Shown: positions 26,001 to 38,000 of the stretch, one piece after another | Layout of the letters: every line of letters starts with the position of its first letter | How positions within the stretch are numbered: the first letter of the stretch is position 1 | NCBI GenBank assembly: GCA_964188305.1 | Contig: OZ076887.1 | DNA: 64,000 nucleotides | Reading direction: 5' to 3' (one strand) | DNA from: Podarcis bocagei | Taxonomy: Eukaryota | Program-made: the position numbers and the translations under genes | The notes under the pieces: generated by a model | The model's input: the letters and a program-made list of their open reading frames with translations, nothing else | What the model was told of the DNA's origin: nothing | The model's database searches: none

Positions 26001-29000
26001 GTGAACCAAAAGCTAGCTTGTGATTTCATTTATGATTTAACCGCAGCAATCACTTGATTATACGGTTTCCATGTGTTCCGACTTGGCCCTGATTTAGATT
26101 GCCACTTCCCTCCATACTTCCTCCAGTGAATTGTTTAACCATGTTATCTGTCTGTTTATTCTGCAGAAAATCAGGACAGAAGCTCATGCCAAGTTTGCAG
26201 TGCTATGGCACCTCACCAGAGACCTCCATATTAACAAGTCCTCATCGTATGGTCGCTCATTTGACAGGTTGGTTGGATTCAAAGATAGTGCAAAAATATT
26301 CAGAGTTTAATTGTCTCTACCCAGGAAGAGCCATGTCGCTTTCTGACCTGGAAGGCAGCTCCTCTCCCAATTCCAAATGGAAAGATAGCCCAGGGAGACC
26401 TCTGTCATCTCTTAGACCTTTGCAGAGTCCTCCCATTATGCAGTAGATGAAGTGTCTGTCAAGTTGTTCAGCCAGGTTTCCCCAGCTGAAGAAACTACCG
26501 GCTGATGCCCATAGTTACAGCCATTGTGGTTTTTATTTGGATTTTTTCCCCCATCCTCAGGTCCTTGTTTATCATGCTGGACAGCCTTAACAGTTTGGAT
26601 GGTTCTACCTGGTCAGTCGGTCAAGCCTGGTTAAATCAAGTGCTCCAACGTCATGACATTGCAAGAGTCCTTGAACCTTTGCTTCTGTTGCTTCTCCACC
26701 CAAAAACTCAGCGCATTTCTGTCCAGAGAGTGCAGGCTGAATGTTACTGGAATAAACCATCTTGTTATCCTGAGGATGAAAATGAAAATAATTTTATGCA
26801 GAAATTTAACTGTGGTGATTGTAAGTACTGTGTTTAAAAACCCTAATTTCACATATCTGCCTTACTAATATGCCTTTACAATACTCCGTAATACAGACAA
26901 TGACCATTTTGTGCATGTTCAAGGCGGGCTTACATACGCTCCCCCGTCTCGTGCGATGACCCAGAACACAACCCCCAAGCAAATCGGGGGTTGCCTGCAC
27001 TTCCATGTCATATCACAAATGGAATATATCCATGAATTAGTAGCTGGGCCAATGCTGCGCATGCCATTACTGATCCTGGAGAGGATGGCGCGGAGTCTAG
27101 AATGGTATGAAAGGAAAATGGAGTGCTCTGGTAGTATTCTGTCCTGATACCATTTTCTTGAAGCATCTCAATTTAGACATCATACAGTGGTACCTCGGGT
27201 TACATACGCTTCAGGTTACAGACTCCGCTAACCCAGAAATAGTACCTCAGGTTAAGAACTTTGCTTCAGAATGAGAACAGAAATTGTGCTCCAGCGGCAC
27301 GGCAGCAGCAGGAGGCCCTATTAGCTAAAGTGGTGCTTCAGGTTAAGAACAGTTTCAGGTTAAGAACAGACCTCCGGAACGAATTAAGTACTTAACCCGA
27401 GGTACCACTGTATTGGTTTAGAAGGGACTCACCAATAATGGTAACAATGCCACAAACTGAAGCAGATACTGTCTTTGCTAAACATTATTTCTTTCCTATT
27501 TTGTGGACTGTCATCTAGTCTAAGAGTCTTAACTTATTATTAGATTTATTGATAAGCTTGTTTATCAAGAGGAATTTAGTCCAAGTATATAAGTTATGAA
27601 CTGGGAAGTTACTCAGTTACATTTATGATAGATTATTGATGATCTGGTCATCAGGTTATAATTTCTGTGTTTTACTAAACCAACCCTTTAAAAATTAATT
27701 CTGGTATGGATTGTTTTCTGTTTATTACTCATCCACAATGCACTACTGCACAATGTAATTTATTCTCTAACTTAATGTGGAATTCTTGACATGCCAGATG
27801 AGGACCTAATTAAACCGTAAACCAAGCACAATGTTTTTATATCCCCCCCCCATACTTTATCTTCTGCTTTTTAGATCAATTACCGATGTCAAAGTCCAAT
27901 AGCAACATTCAATCAGAGGTCAAATGCTTTGCTTTGCAGATTTAGAACATTTTTAAAAATACGCATTGAGTGCCTTTTGTACTTCTGTTAGTAATTGCTC
28001 ATATTTGCAACACAGATGGGCCCTGATCCAGAGCTCTGTTGGGTCTGTAAACCCATCTACAGAGCATTTAGAGTTAACTGAGGGATAGCTACCTAAATGT
28101 AATTTATACAGCCTCTGAATAGGACTCTTGTATATTAACTTGTAAACGATCAGAGTGGACTGTCTGTAAAGCTGCTTTAGCAAGGAAGGAATGTTACATG
28201 ATTTAGGGAACTAATTGTTCAGTGTCTGTAGAAAAACATCACATCTGAATTCCCTTTTTCTTTTAAGCATTTGCCCACATGCCGGTAAGTCAGGAACAAG
28301 ACATTACTGCTAAAGAGAACAATGAAAAGCAACTTGCCATGGATGAAATGGAGAACTTCAGTCTTACAGTCAACCCATTAAGTGACAGGATCTCCCTACT
28401 GAGTACCAGCAGTGAAACTCTTCCTATGGTTGCATCTGATTTTGATCTTCCCGACCATCAGATAGAAATAATGCAGAGTTCTGACTCTGGCTGTTCCCAG
28501 TCATCTGCTGGGGATAACCTAAGCTTCGAGGCAGAAGCTGAAAGCCTGATGGCAACAGACAGTTCTCAGCATTTGAGGGGAGATTCGCCGGATGAAATTG
28601 TCCAGCAGGTGGTCACTGACTTGATATGCAAGGTTGTCAGTGGGCTTGGAGAAGATACCGAACCAGGTAAGCATTACCTGTATTCAGAAGATGCCTCCAC
28701 TAAGCTAAATGCTTTGGATCCCTCCGAAGAGGCTGCTAAAACTGAAGACCCAAACATTCAAGACAGCCAGAGCAGTTTGCTTAGCAATGACAGTTCTCAA
28801 TTGCTATCTGCCTCGACCGAGACGGGACTGGACAGCATTTCCAATGAAATCTCCAGAAACAATTCCTCTCCTTGCATCTCAGTAAGCGAGCAGAGTCTCT
28901 GTGACCCGATTTCCACATCAGCGGAAACCAAGTCTAGGCAGAGAAGTCACAGCAGCATCCAGTTCAGCTTTAAAGGGAAATTCCCTGAAAAAACATCGGA

Positions 29001-32000
29001 GAAAGAAACCATTGTGAAAGAGTCTGGTAAGCAGCCAGGAGCAAAGCCCAAAGTCAAAATAGCCAAGAGGAAAGACGACGAGAAGAAGAAGGCGCAAGCT
29101 GAGAAGCTTAAACAAACCAGCGTTTTCTTCACCGATGGCCTCGACTTGGAAAATTGGTACAGCTGCGGAGAGGGAGAGATCTCAGAAATCGAGAGTGACG
29201 CAGGGTCACCAGGAATGCGAAAGTCGCCCCACTTTAATATCCATCCTTTATACCAACATGTGCTGTTGTACCTTCAGGTGTATGACTCCTCAAGGACTCT
29301 CTATGCTTTCTCTGCCATTAAAGCCATCTTGAAAACAAACCCTTCCGCTTTTGTGAATGCCATCTCCACCACCAGCGTCAACAATGCCTATACCCCACAG
29401 CTGTCCTTACTTCAGAATCTTTTGGCCAGACATCGCATATCGGTTATGGGCAAAGACTTCTACAGCCATATCCCAGTGGACTCGAACCATAATTTCCGTA
29501 GCTCCATGTACATAGAGATCCTCATTTCTCTGTGCTTGTACTACATGCGGAGCCACTATCCAACCCACGTGAAAGTCTCCCCGCAAGACCTGATAGGGAA
29601 CCGCAACATGCAGATGATGAGCATTGAGATTTTGACCCTTCTCTTCGCCGAGCTGGCCAAAGTGGTGGAGAGTTCCACGAAGGGCTTTCCCAGCTTCATC
29701 TCGGACATGCTGTCCAAATGCAAGGTGCAGAAAGTGGTTCTGCACTGTTTGCTCTCCTCCATCTTCAGCGCCCAGAAGTGGCACAGCGAGAAGGTCGCTG
29801 GGAAAAATATGGTGGCCATTGAGGAAGGCTACTCTGAAGACAGCCTCATCAATTTCTCTGAGGACGAGCTTGACAACGGCAGCACCCTGCAGTCGCAGCT
29901 CTTGAAAGTCCTCCAGCGGCTCATTGTCCTGGAGCACAGAGTGATGACTGTGCCCGAGGAGAACGAGGCGGGCTTTGACTTTGTCGTGACGGACTTGGAG
30001 CACATCAACCCCCAGCAGCCAATGACTTCCCTTCAGTATTTGCACTCTCAGCCAATCACCTCCCAAGGCATGTTTCTCTGTGCCGTGATAAGAGCGTTGC
30101 ACCAGCACTGTGCCTGTAAAATGCATCCCCAGTGGATAGGACTCATTACTGCTTCCCTGCCTTACATGGGGAAGGTGCTCCAAAGAGTGGTGGTTTCTGT
30201 GACCCTCCAGCTTTGCCGGAACCTGGACAACCTCATTCAGCAGTACAGATACGAAACAGGATTATCCAGCAGCAGGCATGTGTCTCTCTTTCTCTTGGCA
30301 GTTTTTTTTAAATGCTTAATTTGTTCCGTTCAAAACTGCAACAAATTCAATGTTGTGTTTTAGGCCCCTTTGGATGGCATCAGTTACTCCACCAGATATG
30401 ATGCTCACTCTGCTGGAGGGCATTACAACTGTCATTCACTATTGCTTGTTGGATCCAACTGCACAGTATCATCAGGTAAGCATGTTCAAGGGTTTGACCG
30501 TGTCTTTGTCTATGCATGTGTTTTAACTGTACCATTTATTTTTGTCATTTGAGAGGGAGGAAACCATTATTGAATTGACCATACCTCTAAATCAGGGTTT
30601 CCCAAACCTGGGTCTCCAGCTGTTTTTGGACTACAGTTCCTATCATTCCTGACCACTGCTAGCTAGGGATGATGGGAGTTGTAGTCCAAAACCAACTGGA
30701 AACCTAAGTTTAGGAAACCCTGCTATAGATCCTTTGCTTATGAGAACAGTTTAGGAGCCCATAATTTGCTGTGTTCTGTAGTGGCACCCAGTAAGTCTGT
30801 GCATTGCATGGTTTCCTTACAACTCATGTGCTTTGGGTTGGTTTAACAGCAGTGCTAATTCTGGGTACAGACCTTAGGGCCAGCCCAAGACCCTTGCTTC
30901 TTGATGTAGAGCAGGACATGGCGCCGACCTGAGAACGAGGAATATAGTACCCATGGTTGTCAAGTTATTTTGGCACCTGAGGCTGAAAGTGACACAAGCA
31001 TCTCTCCATCCCTGGAAATAAAAACACTTTAATAATAAATGAAATGAATGACAATTTGCAACCCCTTTTTGATGTGCAGATGCTTAATGATAGGGTCGGC
31101 CCTAATATACCTACTGCCATGAAGCATAGGAAACTATTAGTGTTATGCCTATATTTTAAAGTTCTAAGCCTTCGACTCAGTGCACGCTAAGGGGGAGAGG
31201 AGAGACCCAAAGTGAGAAAAGGCAGAATTGTACCTGCGTGGAGGAGGTAGGCACTTTCCTGTATCACTGAGAGTAATTGATATATTTTGCTCTTCTTTGT
31301 TGGTACCAGCTTCTGGTGACTGTAGACCAAAAGCATATGCTAGAAGCACGCAGTGGGATCTTGTCTATCCTTCACATGATCATGTCATCTGTGACTCTTC
31401 TGTGGAGCATCCTGCACCAGGCAGACTCTTCAGAGAAAACAGCTGCTGCAGCTGCTGCATCCATTACCACCATTAATCTTGGATCAACAAAGGTCAGAAG
31501 AACATGAATGGTCCTGTGTGTGTGTCTGCATACTGTGTGTGTATGACTTTGTCAGACTAGATTGAGTTGTGTCTGTTTGAATGTAACCTACAAAGCGTTT
31601 AGTAAATCACCAGCACAGAACCTGAAGAACCACCAGCAACCCTGCAGGTTAACAGAGGGCAAACTCTGACTCCAAGTTCCTCTTAAAATTTCCCCATATC
31701 CAGCCTTAGCCACTGATACCAAACATCCACAAATTTTATTCTATTTCTGTTTGCAGTGGGAATGTATCCCTTGCAAGCCCCATTTCATTTTATATCATCA
31801 CCAGCACTTACATTCTCCAATGATAATATTTATTCGGGAATTGAATAAGCTGAGGGGAATTCTGTTATGATAGAAGCTACAAATGAAGAAACAAATTCTT
31901 TATTTGTTAACAGCATTTCAACATGAAAGATCTAGCCCAGGTGTCAGCAGGGGGCCGGTCCACTGTCCCTCAGACCTTGTGGGGGGCTGGTCTATATTTT

Positions 32001-35000
32001 TTTTGGGGGGGGGATGAACGAATTCATAGGCAGGCCATTTCTCTACCAGATATTCAGCTGTAGTTCATTCAGTTTCTAGGTGATTGTAACATATATTAAG
32101 TTTTCAGGTACTTACTTTCATATGTGGTGGTCATGTGAGAAGATATAGGAATTCTGTATGAATGAATATATGAAATGAGACTTGTCCGATGCTAGACATA
32201 GATCTCAGGATGGTATTATTATCCATATTTGATGACAGAAGTCAAAATGTTACAAATAAGAACTTACTTAAATTAAGCAGCATGTTTGACAATAGCTTGA
32301 AGATAGATTTAGGTGACAACGATTTGTCTGAATAGCACCAACAAACTTTGGGGGGAAAAACCCCACTGAGTTTTATTTAGGTTACATTTCCATATCTTTA
32401 CAGTCAGTGGACAATAGCAAAATACTCTGGGTGCATAGTTTGATAATGAGGATGATCTTTATATTTCAGAACCTGAGGCAGCAGATTCTTGAATTGCTGG
32501 GCCCTATCTCAATGAATCACGGCGTTCATTTTATGGCAGCTATTGCATTTGTGTGGAATGAAAGGAGGCAACACAAAAACGCTTCAAGGACTAAGGTATG
32601 TTAAGTAATGCAGCCATTTGAAAATAATTCCCATCTTCTTTTCAAATGGGTTAAAATATTAAGGTCCAGATTGAGGTTCTTGGGGGTCAGGTGCTTTGTA
32701 TCCCTGGGAAGGCAAGTATCCCTGGGAAGTGCTTTGTATCCCTGTCAGTCAGCCCAGTAAGTTTCATTGATCAGATGTCCTAGAGGAGGGGAGGGGTATC
32801 TTTTTCAGCCTAAAGGCCACTTTCTCTTGTAATAATAATAATAACTATCTGGGAACTCCATGCCAGAGGTGGGTGGAGCCAATGCAAAATGGAGGTGGAG
32901 TCCATGAAAAATTGTGCAGGGCCACACAATGCAAGCCGTGTAATTTTGAAACTGTCAGGACTTCAGTGCTGGACTCAATAGCAATGTATAATACTTTTTA
33001 GGTCATTCCTACAGCTAGTGAAGAACAGCTTCTGTTAGTGGAGCTGGTTCGTTCTATCAGCGTTATGAGAACTGAGACTGTTATGCAAACAGTGAAAGAA
33101 GTCTTGAAGCAACCACCAGCAATAGCCAAGGACAAGGTATGGAAATAACTTAAGCTTGCATTTTTTCAACAAAAGAAGTTGGTGTTACGATGGCTAGGCT
33201 GTGTTTGACAAACGTTAAAGGTAAAGGGCTCCTGATAGTTACCGTATTTTTCGCCCCATAGGGCGCACCGCCCCATAGGACGCACCTAGTTTTTTTGGGG
33301 GGTAAATAAAGAAAAAAAATTATTTCCCCCCCAGGCGCGGGGGAAGCCCGAGCTTCCCCCAATCCCAGCCCCGAGAACAGCCTGCTATCCACAAGCCTAG
33401 GGAGGCCAGCGGTAAGTCGCGCCAGTCTCCCCAGGCTTCGGAATGCAGGCAGCCCTGCGCAGCCATCGGGAGGCGGACGCGAAGTGGCGCCGGTCTCCTG
33501 CGGGTTGCGCAGAGCTTCCTGAAGCCTGCAGGCTTCAGCAAAAGCCTGCATTTGCCCCATAGGACACACAGATATTTCCCCTTCATTTTTGGAGGGGGGA
33601 AATGCGTCCTATAGAGCGAAAAATACAGTAAGTCCAGCCACAGTCTACTCTGGGGTTGCGGCGCTCATCTCGCTTTATAGGCCGAGGGAGCTGGCGTTTG
33701 TGACTGTAAAACAAACAAACATACATATCCAATGCATTCAATTAAAACAGGTGAAATGTGTTGATTGCTGCTGCTTTATGGGTAACTAAATTAATCAGTT
33801 TGCTTTGATTACTGTAATAGCTCATGCTAGATAGTTGTGGACACAACCTCATTTAATTTTGGAAATGAAAATGGATGGCAGTTCTGAACCTAAAAGATAA
33901 ATGGAGTTGACTTACTTAAGCCCATTGATTGCAGCAGGTTTACTCAGAATATAACATAGTTGGGTGCAACCCTTTGATAGGAACATTATTTCCAGCATCC
34001 AGTAAAAAAGTTGGTGGCTCTAAATTTCCCCATTCTGCACCCCCCTCCTAGTTCTCAAATGCCAGGAACGATGGTAACTTGAAATGGGCTGAGTTCCAAA
34101 CCTACCTCTCCTTATCATAGATTACCGCAACTGGCATTCCAAGCTCCAGTTAAGCTTAGAAACCAAGGAAATATCTTGAGGGGAAAACCTCAAGAAAGAC
34201 TGTATGTAGCACTCAGACAAGGAATCACTGTTTGTTAAATTGAGCAAGGCTTATTTTATTATTTTGTTTCCTGGCTTTTGATGCACTTTGGTGGCCTTGA
34301 AAAAAAATATAACCGTTCTCTTTTAATACTTTGCTTCTAAATCTTTCTAGAAGCACCTTTCATTGGAAGTCTGCATGCTGCAGTTTTTCTTTGCGTACAT
34401 TCAGAGGTAAGACAGTGAGTGGTTATGGGTACGTTTCTTTTCTCCTGTGTCACCAGATGAGATGTTTGCTGTGTGAGGGCATGCTTTGTGCAGTGGTTCC
34501 ATTCAGTTTTTTTAAGCAGGTTTTGAGAACTTCAGGTTAAAAGTGTTAGAAGAGAAGCTGGAACCTAATTCCATCTTTTGGGAAATTAGCCTCTTTCTCA
34601 AGTTGGAAAATCTGCAGGATTATTTTCTGGTGTCCCATTTCCTCTAGAGTTCTTTTATCTTACCTGTTGGGTCGTTCACTGAGAGAAAACACCAGTGTTA
34701 GCTTTCAGTGTTTATCCCATTTGTTTGACATTAGGCTGCAGTGTGAAGAAGTACTCTAATGGCCTTTGGAAACCCATATGACCACCTCTTTTTTTCCCCT
34801 TGCAGAATCCCAGTGTCCAATGTAGTCGACAGCTGGGCCTCATTATTGCTTCTTCTGAAGGATTCCATACAACTTGGCCTTCCAGCTCCAGGGCAGTTTC
34901 TCATACTTGGGTGAGCTATTTTGTTTGCATGAGCACCATCAGTTTTTCCTACTGAGAAATGCCAAGATCATTTTTCAGAGACCTTAAAACATTCTTGATG

Positions 35001-38000
35001 AGTGATAGGGAGTACCCATGATGATTTTAAGAGAGAAGTTGATCTCTTGCATTTGGGGGACATGTTGCTACCTCACATTTGGAGAGGTGGCTTGGCCTTC
35101 GCAAGCAAGGCTGAAATCCAGCAAATGTCATGTGTAACCCAACCCCTGTAACTGGCTCTAAAAAAGAACCATCAGCACAGCTTTACGTAGGTGACAGTAA
35201 CCACAGTACTGCACCACAGTAATTTATTGAGGCCTCATTCAGTTCAGAGCCCATGAATTTGAATGTGAGAGTTAAACATGTACCTAAAGTACTCTCAACA
35301 TCAGAACGGGGAAAGAAATCCAAAATGGTGCAAGCCCAATGCACAATGTGTTATGAACCAGAGCTCTTTTATAGAGGAACATTTTTTATCAGAAGATGAC
35401 AACCTTTATCAAACAGCATGTGGGCATGAGAGTGCTCTGATCAGAATTAACAAGCCTAATCTTGTCTTTGATTAAAATTATTCTTATTAATATGAAGCAT
35501 GGCTCAAAAACACCAAGCTTGCACCATTTTGGACCACCACTGCCCATTTTGATGTGTGTCATGTAGAGATGACCTAAAAATCTGCATGAATCTGCTAAAA
35601 TATCACTTTGTTGTAATCCAAAACTTTGTTATCCCAGACCTAAACCCTTGTGTCAGCTTGCCTCGTCCATAATATCACCATAACCCCATGCAACCCCCGT
35701 GTTGTTTTGATGCATTTGGTATAATAGGTGATATCTCCACATATTTTGTTTCAATGCATTGATAACCACAGTGTTGGTATACATTGCTGTAGAAAGTATC
35801 AACAGTCACTTGTTTTATCATTTGGATAAATACACGGAGTGAAATCCCAACTGCTACATAAGGATCTTCTGCTTAGTAACTGGATCTCCCAGAGGGCTTC
35901 CCGTTCCTCTTCAAACAATCTCCCTTCACCTGGCCCGCCACTTGCCCCCGAGAAGCCTCTTCCCAAAATTGGGTGACCTTTCGGAGTTGCCTCCAGTGTA
36001 ACGAGAGATGCAGTCAACATGGGAAATTAGGCTCCTCCTTCTTTGCATATAGATAGTCTTGAGCATCTTTGCATTTCTGCAGTCGTTGTCCCCTTGGTTT
36101 AAATATTTGGTTCATCTGTTCTATTCAAGCCTTCATATAAAAGTTTACTTCTTCTTCTTCTTTTAAAGCGTTCTAAATGAGTTTATAATGAAAAACCCAA
36201 ATCTGGATAATAAGAAAGACCAGCGAGATCTTCAGGTAAGAAATTTATGTCCTTGGTTACTTCTGAGTACATATGTGCTTTTTTAAAATAAAAAAGCACC
36301 TTTGTAAGTGTAATATTTTGTTTTGTAGTACACCGAAGTTGGGTTTTACCTGGGTTGCTTCCCAATTCTTTAGAAGGGATCATTTTAATTATTGAACTAG
36401 TAAAAAAAATGCTCTGATTTCAGTCAGATTTTTGTACACTTAATTTCTAGGAAATGTGTACTGTGAGTTCCATGTTTAACATGTGACCCTTTAATCTGAT
36501 GGTGTTGTTGCTTAGATGTGCCATGTTTTGCTGTCTGAAGTGAACCAGCAAATGAGGCCACCTCAGCTGTTTCTGGATTACCTTTGGCCAGTCACTACTT
36601 ATGGGCAGCTGATCTGACACCCGCTTGTCTGTTGCCACGCTGGCTGTTTATCCTCATCTGATAGGCCCTCCCATTGTCACTCTTTTCATTCTCCCAATCT
36701 GCTTTGCAATCCTGACACATCAATACACCAGGATCCTTTTGCATGTTCCCATTGCACAGGTTTCCTCGAGGGGGCGGGTCCAAAACTTTTAATTCTTGCG
36801 CCATTGACATTTGTATAAACTCTGAGCGCTCTGAATACCACTGATCAGGCGACCCGTTGCACCGCGGCACTGCCTTACGCATGCTCTCCATCACCCTCAT
36901 GCAGAAATCGATCATGCAAGAAAAAGCAATTACTACTTCTCTTGATACCCATGACTCTCTTCATCATCTTGCATTTCTTCCCCTTGCCTCTTTCAGGATG
37001 TAACCCACAAAATAGTGGATGCCATTGGAGCCATCGCTGGCTCGTCCCTGGAACAGACTACGTGGCTAAGGCGCAATTTGGAGGTTAAACCATCCCCCAA
37101 GATCATGGTTGATGGAAACAATTTGGAGTCTGACGTTGAAGGTGATTTCCCACCCCCTCCCTTCCCCCGCGCAGCATATTTAATCAGTATCCAAAATTGC
37201 TTCTGTTGATGATAGCAGTAGAGCAGAGATGGGGAAACACTTTCGGCCTGAGGGCCTTATTCTAACATAACCGTAACAGGGCTGTTTTGTGCAAGCCACA
37301 GCCACCTGTCCATCATCTGAGGGACAGGTGAGCCTGGCTTCTCCAAAGCAGCCTGATGGGCCTAATGAGGCATGCGTCTTGTCCATGCCCCACTGCTGCA
37401 GTAGAGCAAGGCTCCTGCTATTTAAATTCATTTTACATCTAGCTGAGGGCTGCAAACCTCTCTACCTGTGTATCCCTAGCTAGTTAAGAAACCGTGTCCT
37501 ATATCTGTTTGTCCAATCCAGCAACCAGGCTAATGGTCACACAGACCTTTAAAAAAATCCCTATGAATGGCATTTCCAGGCAGTTTTTATTGAAACCATT
37601 TTTGGGGGGTCCATTTTAAAGATTTATGATGCCAGCTGACTGACAGGTGACTGAACCACCTACCTGCCCAATGTGGCCTGCAGGGCATGTGCAGATAAGG
37701 ATCTTCGCCTGCTGAGCTAAGGTTCCTTGCCCCTTGTTTATGGTTTAGGATTATACCTTATCTCCCATTCTGCCCTCCGGTTGGGGCCACTGCCACATCT
37801 GCAGCCCTGCTGCTTGTGGCCACATTAGAAGGTAGGGTGAGAGCAGGATGAATTCCCCCAATGCCTTTGCATGATGGCATTGAGACCGACCATCTTGGGA
37901 TCTCACTTGCATGTTTGGCAGTCAGCTGGTTGGTCTAGGAGAGTTGGGTAGAGGAACACCTCTGCTCATTCCAAACCCACCCCTGCCTGACAGAGTTTGG

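Noticed and set aside
29407-30183. 258-aa antisense ORF
   Set aside because: Shadow frame of the GC3-rich half of DOP1A exon 19; no independent splice or promoter signals and no recognizable domain
35921-36060. Short antisense frame containing SPNFGKR, resembling an amidated neuropeptide site
   Set aside because: No signal peptide, no repeated peptide and no splice context; most likely chance
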